Positions 30,245 through 43,675 of a stretch of DNA of 59,311 nt are shown in pieces. The stretch lies in NCBI GenBank assembly GCA_002269645.1, contig NIVC01003282.1, positions 1 through 59,311 on the forward strand. Direction: 5' to 3'. Under the pieces are notes generated by a model. It saw only the letters and a program-made list of their open reading frames with translations, did no database searches and was not told the origin of the DNA. Position 1 is the first letter of the stretch. Each line of letters begins with the position of its first letter. Made by a program: the position numbers and the translations under genes. The DNA is from Macrostomum lignano (Eukaryota).

Positions 30245-33200
30245 ATGCCATCAATCAATGTAAACTGCGTCATCTGCGATGCGGAAATGCGTAAAGACAA
30301 CTTGGCACGCCATGCTAGAAGTCAACACCCAGATCATCGCGTCGAGGATATTTTATGGTTTGCGACCTTCGAGCGATTTGTTACTGCTGGTCACGGCATG
30401 TGCTGTGTGTGTAGAGAGGCGTGCGTGCAGCTCCGCTCGCACTACAGAAGCCACCACCCGGAGCTCAATGAGCATAAGGGAAAGCCCATAAAGGGCAGGG
30501 AGCACCAATTGCAGGCACGTGAGTACGCACAAGCCTATCTAGCTGTGGCCCGCACAGAGATTATTCATGGCCGACCACTGTCACCGCATCCTGCAACGTG
30601 GCACCAAGCCGAGCAGCAGCAGCAGCAGCAGCAGCAGCAGGCGCTACAACCGGTCGAGCGCGAGCAGCAGCAGCAGCAGGCGCTACAACCGGTCGAGCGC
30701 GAGCAGCAGCAGCAGCAGGCCGTACCGCCTGCAGCGTCCGTTTCACACCATGGCATGGCGCAGACAACCAATCTGTTCAAACCAGTGCATCCGGACGAGA
30801 AATCACCAGCACGCCACCGCCAGCCCAGTCCACTATCCCAAAAACCAACAAAAAAATTACAGGACGGGGAGGTACTATGGTGCTCGTCCGCGATGACGTC
30901 CAGTACGACAGACTCAAAGTCGATAGAGAACACGACCTCCTGGACGTTGCCACCTGCCGCATCCGCCTCAAAGGACAGCAGCCGATCGTGATAGCATCTA
31001 TCTATGCACCACCATCCAGCTGCCAACGTCCCGATAACACCTGGCAACCCAGCTTCACCAATCTCCCGACTACCGGTAGAGTCATCCTCGGAGGCGACTA
31101 CAACGCACACGGAAGCTGGGACCGCCACATTGATGAAGATCTCAGAGGCCAGACCGTCGACGAGTGGGTCGCCCGCAATGGGCTCGTCATCTGCAATACC
31201 ACCTGCCACACACGCACCTGCCCCAGTACTGGCCGCCTCAGTAGCCCAGACGTGACCATCTGTAGTAGCACCATTGCCGGATCCATCACGGACTCCTGGA
31301 AGACGCTACCAGACTGGGGAAGCGATCACCTGCCGATCGCTTTCGGCCTCCCAGCCTCTAACACCGGAAAGACCCGTCACTGCGGGCAAAAACGCTGGAT
31401 CTATAAGAAGGCAGACTGGGGAGCCTTCAGGGAGTCGCTAAATACCTGGGCAGAATCCGAACGCAACGACACCACCTTAAACACAGAGGCCACACGCCTT
31501 GCCGAAGCCATCCTGAACGCAGCAAGACTTGCCATCACGCGCAGCTCCGGGAAAGAGACGAGACGCCTGCCGTTCTGGAACGACGCCTGCGAAGAGGCCT
31601 CCAAAGCTACACGTTCCGCGAGACAATCCGCAGAAAAAGAACCGACACCAGAAAATATTATTGCCGCAAACAGAGCCCGCCACAACGCCTCAGGCTGTCT
31701 CCGGAGGGAGAAAAAAGCCTTCCTGTTCGATAAAGCGGCAAATTTCAGCCAGGACTCGCGGACATTTTTGGCTTACTCCGCGCACTGAGAGGCGATGGTT
31801 TTAAAACTCCGGACCCGGCTGCCATCGTCAGGGCCGCCTCCCCAGACTCGCCGGAGCGCACCGCCCGCACTAACAAAGAGAAGGCCGAACTCTTTTGCCA
31901 ACTCTACGCCGAAGTTAGCCGAGTCCCCAGACGGAAAAATGACTCGGCCATCAGATACGAAGCGAACGAGGCCACCACGCCTATGGGTGACCCCCAAACA
32001 GACGGCCCGGACGCCCCTTTCGAGATCGACGAGCTCCGCGCCGCTATCCGATGTCTCAAATCAGGGAAGGCTGTGGGAACCGACGGTGTCTCCAACGAGA
32101 TGCTTAAACGCCTCCCGCCGGCCGCTGACAAAGCCTTACTCAGCCTCATCAACCGCACCTGGCGGGAGGGCAAAACACCGACCAGCTGGCGAATTGGCAC
32201 CATTATACCGATCCAGAAAAAAGGGAAAGACGCCGCATCACCGGATAACTACCGCCCCGTCGCACTTACCAGCTGCATCGCCAAGTGCGCGGAGCGCATG
32301 GTTCTGGCTCGTCTTAATTATGACCTGGAGAGCCGTGGCGGCCTCACGCCCACTCAAGCTGGTTTTCGTCGCGGTCGTAGCACCGAGGAACAGCTCGCGC
32401 GAGTCTGCCAAGCCATTTTTGACGGCCTCGAGAGTCTACCGGCGCTACGCAGCATCCTCTGCCTCCTCGACTTCTGCCGAGCGTATGACAGAGTATGGCG
32501 CCTGGCCCTGTATGCCAAAATGCACCGCATGGGCATCCCCAAGCGCATCATCCGCTGGATCCGCGGCTTCCTGTCGGACCGTCACAACGCAGTCCGCTGG
32601 GTTAACGCCACGAGCCGGAACAGAGTCTTCCGCGAAGGTCTGCCACAGGGCAGTGTGCTAGCGCCCACGCTGTGGAATATCTATGTCAACGATTTAGCCC
32701 AAGCAGTCGCCGAGGCGAACCCTTTGGTTAGCCTCAGTCTCTACGCCGATGACTCGGCCTTACTGGCGACCGCTCGCACACTCGACATCTGTGCCAGAGA
32801 ACTCCAACCAGCCCTGGATGCAGTGGCCGACTGGTGCCGAGATTGGAAAGTCTCCATTAGCACTGGGAAATGCTGCTACTCCACCTTCACTCTAGCGGCA
32901 AATGAAAACAACGGCAAACGGAGAGTGAACCTCCAGATCAACGGCGACAAGCTTGCCTTCGATCCAACACCGACCTTCCTGGGACTCACTCTTGACGACA
33001 GCCTAAGTTTCAGCCACCATGCATCAAAGATCCGTAAAAAGATGGCCGCCCGCAGAAGACCTCTCACTGCCCTCGCTACCAGATCGGCCGGTGCGGACAG
33101 TCAGATCCTCCGCATGGCTTACATCGCCACCGTTCGCTCTGTTGCCGACTACGCGTGCGGGGTCTGGGGGTCTTTCACTGCAGCCAGCTCTAAGCTGCTG

Positions 33201-34797
33201 ATCGACCGCCAACAGCACAGCTGTGCGCGGATCATCACTGGGTGCCTCCAACTTACTCACATCCGGGACCTGCTTGCGGTGGCGAACCTGTCGCCCTTCA
33301 GCCATCTGGTGCTACAACGTAGTGCGACGCTCAGAGAAAGAATCCTACGTCTCCCGCAGGACACTCCAGCACTTCAGGTCGCCAAAATGGACACCCGACC
33401 ACGACTGAAGAATCGAGCCTTTGAGAGCCACCAGAGAACACCGAGAGACCCAAAGGACATCGTCACCGTCCTCCACGACTACCAGCGAGAACACCGTGGT
33501 TGCTGGCGCCGCGTTAGCCAAGAGCTCGACAGACAGGGGCTGCTCAACGGCCCCACCAGGGAGCCCGCTCCGCAGCTCCAGCCGCCGTGGACGGCCCACG
33601 AAGCGATCACTTTCGACCTCAGTTTGGCTACGCAGTGCAGCCGCAGCCAGCCCCAGAGCCTCCGCAGCGATACTGCACTGAGGTACCTCGAGGAGCGCGG
33701 CTCCCACCCGGTCAGCGTTTGGACTGACGGCTCGGCCGCCGGCGGCACATCGGACGGCACCAGCGCAGCGGTGATCATCACCCCATGCTGGGGTCGGGTC
33801 GTCACCAGCGCTGCAGGGAACATCTGCAGCAGCACCCAGGCGGAACTTCAAGCCATACTGCTTGCCATCCAGAATACCAGAGAGCATCAATGTATCGACA
33901 TCTTCACTGACTCCCAGGCGGCCATTTACAACATCATGGCGGGCCAGCGCAGCAACAGCAGAATCGTCTCCGAAATTTGGAACCAGAGTAGCGATCACTC
34001 CATCCGCATCACCTGGATACCGGCTCACTGCGGCATCCCCATGAACGAACGCGCAGATAGGGCGGCAAGACTGGCGACCGCAGATCAGAGCGACCATGGT
34101 GTCCCCATCATGGCAGCCAGCGCTTACCTCTGCCGGGAAAGACGTGATCTAGACCTCGAGCTTTGGGGCCGTAAGGCGCCATGGCCAAGACTCCCAACCT
34201 TGCCGAGGAAATTTGAGGTCCTGGTCAACCAGCTCCGCGCCGGCTGCAGCAACCTTGCCGCCGCCACTAGACTCCGACTCGGCCTGTCCGACTCCGACGT
34301 GTGCCCGGACTGCGGAGCTCGCGATACCGAGCAGCACATTCTTTTCGACTGCCCACGAGGGTTCGCGGCCCGCCCCGGCGAACAAGACGCACTCCTGGTT
34401 GACGCGAGCCTCACCATCAACCTTCTTCGCAGGCTGGGGCGCATCTAGCGCCCCCGTCTCTTGCAGCCCAGCTGACATCGAGACGTGCGGTGCAGAGAGA
34501 GAGAGAGAGAGAGAGAGAGGCGCTACAACCGGTCGAGCGCGAGCAGCAGCAGCAGCAGGCGCTACAACCGAGCGCGAGCAGCAGCAGCATACAAGGCCGC
34601 TAAGCAACCGGCCGAGCGCGAGCAGCAGCAGCACTGCAGACAGGCGCTACAGACCGGCCGAGCGCGAGCAGCAGCAGCAGCAGCAGGCGCTACAACCGGC
34701 CGAGCGCGAGCACGAATGGCACGAATACGCACATTGCTATCATTGCTACTGTTATAAAAAAACTATGCCAACAAGGCGTGCGTTGAAGCGAAAGTGA
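30245..34797 (+). pseudogene. Paired C2H2 zinc finger + polyQ/ALQPVERE-repeat gene interrupted by a LINE
   Basis: MPSINVNCVICDAEMRKDNLARHARSQH...CCVCREACVQLRSHYRSHH, then Q-rich repeats. The repeats resume after the LINE and end HEWHEYAHCYHCYCYKKTMPTRRALKRK*. Confidence 0.72.
30721..34517 (+). mobile_element. Non-LTR retrotransposon, I group (Ingi-like): truncated APE endonuclease, RT, RNase H, CCHC finger, (GA)n tail
   Basis: APE motifs ILGGDYNAH, SPDVT, SDHLPI; RT motifs YRPVALTS, GLPQGSVLAP, LYADD; RNase H motifs VWTDGS, ELQAI, FTDSQ, WIPAHCGIPMNERAD; CPDCG..HILFDC. One frameshift near 31765; clade assignment is approximate. Confidence 0.93.
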
Positions 34798-35019
34798 CCG
34801 ATTTGATTGATTTCGAATAATTAGCAGATAACCTATCGAAATTACAAAAAAATTAACTGTAATTGTAATTGTAAACTGTAAATTTAATTGTAACAAAACT
34901 TTAACTCTTTCGAGAAAAAAATCGGGGTAGGGGGGTGGGCCCCGTGGGTCGGCCACGGGGGCGGCCCAAGATAGGGGGTAAATAAGGACAAAATAGGAAC
35001 AGCATAGGCAACAAAACAT

Positions 35020-35408
<389 letters not shown>

Positions 35409-36419
35409 CTCAATTAATCAGTCCTTGATTGAGATTGAGATTTATTCAAATCAATAAATCTTTCACTATCTTTGATTGATTAAAAGAGGGACAACCTAGG
35501 CAACAAAACAATGGGCCGTAAAGACGCCGTTGTCTGGTCCCAAGCCCAGAATGAGAAAGTCTGAGGGCGGCACGCTCTCTTTGCTTCAGGAATTTACGGT
35601 CTCTATGTCTCTCTGTACTTGAGGCTTATCTATCTATCCCGCCGTTTACCTGTTTGTCTTTTTGTCTGGCTTTTGTCTATCTTTTTCTGTTCTCTTCTGT
35701 TCTCTTTTTCTGCTAGAAGTCAAACCCAGATCATCGCGTCGAAGATATCTATAGGAGAGCTTCCCAAAGAATTCTACAAAGTTTATCCCTAAGTCTATAG
35801 AGACTCAGTCATAGAGAGACTTAGTTATATAGAGATTCAGTTACATAGAAGATGTTATATAGAAGATAGGCTCGGTAATAATAGACTTAGACACACGCCC
35901 AAGGGTTTTACTAAGGCACTGAGTGCGCTAGGCTTTTCATGAGGCCTCGAGCTCGCAAGTTTTTTTCATAAGGCCCTGAACGATGCTCAACTACCCGTGA
36001 GGATATGGAAACGGTTTTAGGCTCTGAGATCGGTTTTTGATGCCCTTAGCGTTGAGGCTTAGGCCGTTAGGGTTAGGGCAGCGCTTTTCTAGCTGGCACT
36101 CACGCAATCATAGACTACAGAACCGAGAAGGTCTATTTACTAGTAGTCAGTCTCCCTTTTAACCCCCGCTGAGTGGTGGATTGACCATTTGACCGTGATT
36201 GCTTAATTCCCTCCCGCTTAGCGTATCGAATTTTGCGCGTGTTGCCCCGTAGGATACCGATTTTTGCTTATTTAAGCACGCGTTTCCATTATGTTGAGTT
36301 TTATGTTGTAGCCCTGCGCTCAATTAGCAACGTGTAAAATTTAGGAATCGAGCGCAAAATTAGGCCTGTGCGGTATGCGTTAATCCCTAAAAGTCAATAT
36401 TAGCTTGGGAATCAGAAAA

Positions 36420-36612
36420 TTTCTATGGGCTGCTCTGCAGGAGGCCTTGTCCCACTGTTTCAAATTTTATAGGAACAATAGAAGTCTGGGACTGTTAAAT
36501 TTCGCACGTTTCAGATTTCTATGGGCTGCTCTGCAGGAGGCCTTGTCCCGCTGTTTCAAATTTTATAGGAACAATAGAAGTCTGGGACTGTTAAATTTCG
36601 CACGTTTCAGAT
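36420..36612. repeat. 96-bp tandem duplication
   Basis: TTCTATGGGCTGCTCTGCAGG at 36421 and 36517. Confidence 0.9.
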
Positions 36613-36663
36613 TGAATTTCATTGTTTGTTGTCACCTCGTCATAAATGGTGCAGCATCATTAG

Positions 36664-37140
36664 TTAAGAAGGTATCGAGTAGGTAAGAATTAGAATAGGT
36701 AAAGCGTTAGCAGTAATGGAGCCGTTGTAGTAGCCCATCATTCTCAGTTGGTTGGTTTTTGAATCGTGTCCGTAATTCAAACACGTGCGAATATAGGCCT
36801 TGTAAGCGTGGTTGTTATTGCTCGACTCTACGTGGGTCCCGTTGATTGTCAACGTGACGTTTTTAAACATGCTTTCAAGGACGTAATTGACCGGCGCAAC
36901 ATTCGAATCAGCAGCAAGATTTGTGCCATTACATTGCCTAACGCGGGCCTTAATCTCGAGGTCAATGTCGTTAAGATCGATAAACGTCTCACCACCAACA
37001 ATCATAAATTCGACCACGCTGGCATTTTTAACACTGGCAACAGGATGAACTTCTTCAGTGGTGGCGTTAATTGCAGCAAATAGGTGTGCTCGAGGAGCAA
37101 ATAGCTCGAATTCCGACTTTGTACACAGGCACTCAGTCAT
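36664..37140 (-). pseudogene. Polinton/Maverick major capsid protein (PY-type), N-terminal part only
   Basis: CTKSEFELF...VEFMIVGGETFIDL...VAPVNYVLESMFKNV.LTING..V...NNNHAYKAYIRTCLNY matches the PY N-terminus as recalled; resemblance is lost near 36720. Confidence 0.8.
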
Positions 37141-37158
37141 TTTTCTTTCAACAGCGGC

Positions 37159-37554
37159 TTAGTGTGGTGCTCTAATAGGCAGATCGATTATTGACACGGG
37201 TTTTTTATTTATAGAGTCAAAAATATCAGAATGCTGGAGTCTTTTTCTCGTTTTTTTGTTAGTCTTCTTTCTACGCCTTTGACCACCGCCGCTACCTCGT
37301 TGTGTGACTGTGTCTTTGAAAGCATCTTTAGCTGCCCGGACAGAGTTGCGCAATGCTGCTTCCTTCAAGTTCCCGCCTTGATCGAGTGTGTCGCTAACTG
37401 TTGTAGCTAGGGCTCGTGTTCCGTGGCGAAGAATATTTTTGCCAAAACTCTTTAAAAGTGGCAGGGCAAATCGGGCAATGCTGCCAAACAGGCCGTTGCC
37501 ACGCTGTGCACCGGAAAATACCGGTAAAGCTCCACCGATCAAGATTAAAGGCAT
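37159..37554 (-). CDS. Polinton small basic core-like protein upstream of the capsid gene
   Basis: QRGNGLFGSIARFALPLLK...QRGSG..RRRKK..DIF, the usual ORF preceding PY. Confidence 0.7.
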   Translation of the reverse strand: MPLILIGGALPVFSGAQRGNGLFGSIARFALPLLKSFGKNILRHGTRALATTVSDTLDQGGNLKEAALRNSVRAAKDAFKDTVTQRGSGGGQRRRKKTNKKTRKRLQHSDIFDSINKKPVSIIDLPIRAPH

Positions 37555-37696
37555 ATTGCTGATCAGTTGCGGTCTTTTATTCGAGAAAACTTCTTTATTT
37601 ATAGCTTAATTTCACGAATGTTGATCGATAAAACAGTTTTGCCTCGAAGAATCCGATCCATTAGCTTGCCCATATCGTCACAGATTTGCACCTCAG

Positions 37697-38130
37697 AGTA
37701 GAAGGCATGAGGGGGCTTTTGGGACAAAATTTTTTATGTCCTCCACAATCCCATTAAATCCATTCATATTATCCCTGACAGAATCAGAAAAAAAGGGGGC
37801 CGCACTCGCTCACAAACCTCCTCCATAACCCCGTTAAATCCATCCATATTATCCCTGACAGAATCAGAGCATTATCCCTGACAGAATCAGAGCATTATCC
37901 CTGACAGAATCAGAGCATTATCCCTGACAGAATCAGAGCATAACAGGTGTCCATTAACACCTGTTATGCTCACTGACACTGACATAATCCACTGACATCC
38001 ACCCATAGCATCTTCGAAACAATCAGAAAATAATCTGCATTCTTCTCCCCACATTCAATCCGAAGCGGTGAAATCAGATCCCAAAGACTTTAAATTATCA
38101 GCGCAGGGTGCTCATCCTCCGAAAAAAAAT
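37697..38130 (+). repeat. Probable Polinton terminal repeat, copy 1
   Basis: Starts AGTAGAAGGCATGAGGGGGC (Polinton ends begin 5'-AG, often AGTAG); internal ~23-bp and ~80-bp repeats; homologous to 46421-46890. Confidence 0.6.
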
Positions 38131-38391
38131 CTAAATTTTCTCTAAAAATGCTTCCAATCGTCTCTCCAGGTTCTTATTACAAAACGCACGAGCCTAATTA
38201 CAAGAGCAAGTACCGATGCAAACTTGAATGCAGCGAGTACATGAGAAAATATTGGCCCTACGTTGATATCAATGTCCCTAATATTAATCTAGCTCTCCAA
38301 AGCCACTGGTTTGAAAAACATGGAGTAGTCATTAACGATTTTGACAGCTATTATAACTTTGCTGAAGTTATAAGGCAGTTGTAGTAGCCAA

Positions 38392-38722
38392 CTACAAGGT
38401 TGTACCTGGCGGCTTATTTCGTAATTTTACAAGTCTGAAGTGCTGACAAGTGCTGACAGGAAATATCACAACCTCTGTTGTAGTACGCTTCCATTTGTAA
38501 TAAAACTTGTTATTTTCCGCTGTCACATTGGGAACATTTGACCACCCAGTGAAATCATTAAGATAGACGTGGTAATTCGCCTCGGGATCCAAACGAAGTG
38601 GTTGCTCCAATTTTTGAATGAAGATTCCGTTTGAGTCAGTAATGCGACCCGCTACAGTGATTGGAATCACACTCCTTAGAGTGTGAAACAATGTTGTTTA
38701 GTCTTTCGGCTATGGCTTCCAT
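38392..38722 (-). pseudogene. Polinton/adintovirus minor capsid (penton-like) protein, truncated
   Basis: LEQPLRLD...YHVYL..FTGWSNVPNVTAENNKFYY pattern; frameshift near the start. Confidence 0.65.
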
Positions 38723-38743
38723 TTTTTATTGAAAAAAAATTAT

Positions 38744-40037
38744 TCAAACTTTACCAGACGAGTTATTGATCATATTAACCTTGATTTTCCTCTCAAATGC
38801 ATAGATAATAAACAGATCAACAGCCGTTGCGGCACCAAATTCTTTCCGCTCGACATTAGTCGCAATGTTAACAGGGCTATTGTCTGTAGCAGTCACATCA
38901 ACATCAAATATTGGATATAGTTTTAATACTGCAAGGTTGTCAAAAAAATACCGTAATTCTCTTTGACAGCCAGGTCCGACAGTTCATTGTAAAACTTACT
39001 AATCTTGTTCTCCGAGAAATTCCCATTTTGTGGCAATGCAGGGTATAAATTGTCACTGATCTCATGTTGAATCGATCGAACGTTTCCATGTAGATATCTA
39101 CCTACATTAGTCGTACTCCTCATAGTGACAATAATGTACGAGCCTTGTACCTTGGATTGCTACAGGAGCCTTCTTTAATGCAAATATTGTGTCTTGCGTC
39201 ATTCCGCTCATCTCTGCACATATAAGCTGTATAAGCAACATCAATGTCTTTCTCAATCGCCTTCAAGTATTCAGCTTTGAGTGCAGTCTTGGGCTCAATA
39301 ATTTCTAAGTACAGCTCCACGCTAGTTAGCTTAATCTCCATCGATGTATGATTGGCCCCCGACCAAATTCCTCTGTTCCGATCATCTCTAGTCAGTCTAA
39401 ATGTGTAGCTAAAGTTGCTTGTCAACCGATTGAAACTATTACAGAAACCACTTATAAACCTCAAAGGTACAAAAATATCTACAGACCTAAACAGCGGATT
39501 CTTAGCAGCATCGTTCTCACCAGCAAGAGCATAGTTGTATCTCTCCTTTCTCTTTTTGTAACCAGGGTCATTCTCATCTCCTGTCTGTTCATTGGGGATG
39601 AATCCAGCACCGCTCCCCATCTGAATAAAATCCGGGTTCTCAATCAAGCACTGGGTATCATAGACCACACCAAAGTTTGCTATTCTTTCCAACTATGTAC
39701 TTCCATTGGACACATTAAACTCTTTGAACATATAAGCCCAGAAATTACTGGTTAGTGCGACATCCGCATTGTATAGATCATCATTAGCATGAGCGGCGTC
39801 TGCGCCTCCTTTAGTTTTGAATTGAAACGTCATATAGAAGCCGCTCCTTAGACTGTGGACACTGACCAAAGACGAACATCCATTGTATGTAAATGTCAGC
39901 GTTTGACCTGGACCCAAATTAGTTTCATTCTGATTTTCCTGACTGGGAACTCTTACCTGAGTCGCTTTAATAGTGCTGTCATCACTCAAAATGGGTTTGT
40001 TAATCTTATAGAAAACCGGTGTCAGGGGATCGTTCAT
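38744..40037 (-). pseudogene. Second, different major capsid (hexon-like) protein, group-2/beta type, frameshifted
   Basis: Fragments 39693-40037, 39120-39692 and 38923-39123: ILSDDSTIK...FWAYMFKEF...VPLRFISGFC...YTFRLTR...ELYLEII.P. Confidence 0.68.
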
Positions 40038-40065
40038 TTTTCAACAAAAGAAAGAATATTTAAAA

Positions 40066-40926
40066 ATGAAGCGGAAAAGTTCATATCATATCTCTGAACT
40101 AAAAAAGCTGGCGCAGGCAGAGAAACGAGTTACCGGACTAATCAACAAAGAACAACAATCTTACAATGAATTCGTCCAAGCAGCCACCGAATTTCACAAA
40201 CCCGGATACACAGAAGCGAAGAAAAACATCGACACTGTGAAGGAAACAGTTGATGATATTGAAGAGAGCCACTTGTAAAACACATTGGGTAAAATTCCAT
40301 CTTCACCGGGACAACCACAGGCTCAGCAACCAGGACAACCACAGGCTCAGCAACCAGGACAACCAGAAGCACAACCGGTGCAGATGAAAGTGACGGATAA
40401 CTTTTTTGGCCCCGTAGTGGATGATGGAAAATATATTTTTGGAATTAGCGCCTGGTGAAAAAATATTACCGGGCAACCGGCGGATTACAACATTGAAGTG
40501 ACAAAGGAAAATATTTCAATCAATAAAGGCGCAAAAACTAAAAGAATCCAGTTCACTAAAACTTTACTTGATTGCATGACTAAAAATCTAGAGAAAACGT
40601 CTAAAAAGCAGCTCGAAAATTACAAAGATCTTGTTACCTTTGCTCTCGATAGGGACATAATTATGCTCAAGAACAACGGTGTTTTGAAAATTTTACATGA
40701 AAACGGGATTGTCTTGAACAGGTTTAGTAAATACAAATACTGTCATAAGACAACAACCACAACCACAGCAGCAACCACAACAACAACAACCACAACAGCA
40801 GCAACCACAACAGCAACCATAACAGCAGTAACAACCACAACAACAGCAACAACAACAACCACAACCACAGCTACAGCATCAACCACAGCAACCTCCGCCT
40901 CCACAGCAACAAAAAATCCTGGTTGA
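40066..40926 (+). pseudogene. Polinton hypothetical ORF(s) with Q/P-rich repeats, frameshifted
   Basis: 24-bp PGQPQAQQ repeat near 40305-40375 and a CAA/CCA/CAG tract at 40750-40910; no recognised domain. Confidence 0.35.
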
Positions 40927-41032
40927 ACAAGTACTTGATCAACTTGACGCTGCAGAACCGATTTATGTTTCGCAGTACAAAGATACATACCCTGATGCTT
41001 GGCGACAATTAGAGCAGTTCTCCTCAGAGCGA

Positions 41033-41311
41033 ATGAAGCGAATCAATGACAGAGTATTCACACCTAGGCTACAGCAACCCTCACCAGGAACATCCACCCC
41101 TGACCTATCATTCGAATCACCGCCAAGCTCTTCCGTAAAAGGAATAGCTGAAATCTACAAGCGAGTGCCGGTTCTTCTAGGAGCGGCAAAGACCGGAATG
41201 AAAGATGAGAATAGAAAAGAATTTGTCAACATCCTGGACAAAATGCTTGAGAGAAAATACATCGATAAGAGGGCGAGAAAGCTTTTGCTTTCGCGGTTCA
41301 ACAAAAAATAA
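41033..41311 (+). CDS. Small conserved Polinton-type ORF
   Basis: VPVLLGAAKTG....EFVNILDKMLERKYI resembles the L..L.a...AGN...E...IL..L motif of group-2 Polintons. Confidence 0.45.
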   Translation: MKRINDRVFTPRLQQPSPGTSTPDLSFESPPSSSVKGIAEIYKRVPVLLGAAKTGMKDENRKEFVNILDKMLERKYIDKRARKLLLSRFNKK

Positions 41312-41327
41312 TTTATTTCAAGTAAAA

Positions 41328-41714
41328 ATGCCTCTTATTTTCGAAAAAGACATTGACAAATACTATGACAAAGAGGAACTTAATCTCATTAAACGCGGAT
41401 CTGGACTTTTCCCTGCAGGCCACTATCCAAGAAAAGAACGCTCTGGGAATGGCCTTGCCGATTTGATCGCTCAGGGGGCCAAGATTTTTAAGGTCATTGG
41501 AGAGAACAAAGAGAACATCAAGAACGTTGCCGAAGCGGCTGGCAGTGTAGCCACAGCAGCCAAAAAGATAAAGGATACTGTAACACCTAAACAAGAGATT
41601 CAGCCGCTGGCCCCGCTGGCTCCACTGGCCCCAAATCCAGACAGTGTGGACCCTGCAGTCTATGAGAAGATGAGAGCTAGCATTAAAAAAGGAAGTGGTT
41701 TCAAATTTGACTAA
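41328..41714 (+). CDS. Polinton core-like basic protein
   Basis: Repeated RGSG/SGNG/KGSG motifs, position next to the ATPase. Confidence 0.45.
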   Translation: MPLIFEKDIDKYYDKEELNLIKRGSGLFPAGHYPRKERSGNGLADLIAQGAKIFKVIGENKENIKNVAEAAGSVATAAKKIKDTVTPKQEIQPLAPLAPLAPNPDSVDPAVYEKMRASIKKGSGFKFD

Positions 41715-41864
41715 AGGGTACTTTCCGAGGGTACAAGACAAGTCCCGAAAGGACACATTTAAGTCCAGAAACGACACATTTAAGTCCCGAAATGACACAT
41801 CTACGACCCAAAATGACACATCTTCTAAATGATTTATTATTTAATTTTTTTAATCATAGGAAAA

Positions 41865-42644
41865 ATGGACTTTTCAAACGACTTCAATCCTCACTGGACG
41901 CGTAATCAGATTAAGTTTTCTCATCACGAGTCAATCCCGAGTCACTTCAGATGCATTGTTGTTGGTTCATCAGGTTCAGGTAAAACATTTAGTCTTTAAC
42001 ATGCTTCTTAGACCTGGCTTTATCAACTATGACACTCTGCACATCTACTCTCCCACACTGTATCAAGATGAGTATAAAATGTTGATTTCTGGATTGCAAA
42101 ACAAACTGAACAAAGAGGACATTATTCAATGTTTTAATAACCAACAAAACCTTCCCAGTAACCCAGAAATTGTAGCTGCTGAATATGCAAAGCACCTCAA
42201 AGACAATGAAAAATGGCAGAACATCAAAGTGTTCACCTATGGAGATCCACAGGCTGATCCAAAAACCAAACTTCTACCCCAACCAGATGAGCTAGAAAAA
42301 GGGAGAAAGCATTTGATCGTCTTTGATGATTGTATGACTGGCCCACAGAAGCAGATAGAAAACCATTTTACAAGAGGGCGACATAACAATTTGTAAAAAT
42401 GTTCGAGCTCCCGAACAAAACAATTCATGGGAACTGCAATCTGATTCTCCTGTTTCCAACAATTCCACAGGACAGGCTAAAAAGATTTTACAATGAGGTC
42501 ATTGCGCCTGCCTATTTTATAAATCCAACAAAAAACTCAAGCAGAAAGATTTCACAAGAAGAATTTGTTAACCTCTGCTGCGAAAAGTGGAACCAACCCT
42601 ATCAGTTTGTCATGATCAACAAGGAAAAAAGAACTGTAATTTAA
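41865..42644 (+). pseudogene. FtsK/A32-like genome packaging ATPase, frameshifted
   Basis: Walker A GSSGSGKT, Walker B LIVFDD and RGRHNN, spread over three frames. Confidence 0.88.
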
Positions 42645-42660
42645 AATTTGCTATTAAAAG

Positions 42661-43065
42661 ATGTCTATTAATTTTGCAGGTGAATCCATTTCTGGCAACA
42701 GCACTCTTACATCAGCTCAAATATCCATCCTAGACAGGCAATATATCAACAGCGACGAAAAGATCCTAGAGATCAAACTGAATAAAAACAGACTGAAACA
42801 ATTAGAGCGCTCCATGCACCAGCTACAGATAAACATAGAAGATCTCCGCATAAAAGTGGCCAGGCAGAAGTTTGAAAGTGATAAGCTTTATGCGCAGTTT
42901 GCACACGCAACTAATGAACTTAGGTCAGAAATAACTTCGGCAGTCTCGCAAATCAACGGCTTAAAAACAAGTTTAACATCGACAATTAATCTTCTGAGAA
43001 ATTTCACTGATAGACGGATGCGTATTCTTGAAGAAGGAGTTTTCACAAAATATTTTTTTATTTAA
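42661..43065 (+). CDS. Hypothetical coiled-coil protein, probably Polinton
   Basis: 134-aa ORF with heptad-like L/I periodicity, directly after the ATPase. Confidence 0.4.
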   Translation: MSINFAGESISGNSTLTSAQISILDRQYINSDEKILEIKLNKNRLKQLERSMHQLQINIEDLRIKVARQKFESDKLYAQFAHATNELRSEITSAVSQINGLKTSLTSTINLLRNFTDRRMRILEEGVFTKYFFI

Positions 43066-43506
43066 CAGCGCATCAATAGTTACAGTAAAGGTAATGTAAT
43101 TTTGAGGATTTGGGTTTTGAGATTTTGGGAGGTTTTGGCGTGCGTGCATTTTGATCTGCTGATGATGCATGACTTTTTTATTTTGCATACATACCTTCAC
43201 TGTCTGTGATTCATCAGGCTCCATCTCTCAGTATTCCACCAAATTTTACCGATTTTTGTAGACTGCTGCTGACACACGCTCGGTTGCGTCATCTGGACGG
43301 GCGTCATCGGTACGGGCATTATCTGAAGATCCAAAAGCAGTCAATGATCAGATTGAGGTGCGAACAGGGTAACTAAAATATTTTCCTTTGATTTGTTGCT
43401 TAAACGTCAAGTAGGAAAATGTATTTACCTGACTCTCATTTGTGTATATTTTGTAGCGCAAGTGGTAGGCGGGGGATCCAAAGTTGTTTTTAGGATAGTT
43501 AGGATA

Positions 43507-43675
43507 GTACGCGCTGTACTCCGTATGCTGTACTCTGTACGCTGTACTCTGTACGCTGTACTCTGTACGCTGTACTCTGTACGCTGTACTCTGTACGCTG
43601 TACTCTGTACGCTGTACTCTGTACGCTGTACTCTGTACGCTGTACTCTGTACGCTGTACTCTGTACGCTGTACGC
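43507..43675. repeat. 14-bp tandem repeat GTACGCTGTACTCT
   Basis: Seen directly. Confidence 0.93.
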
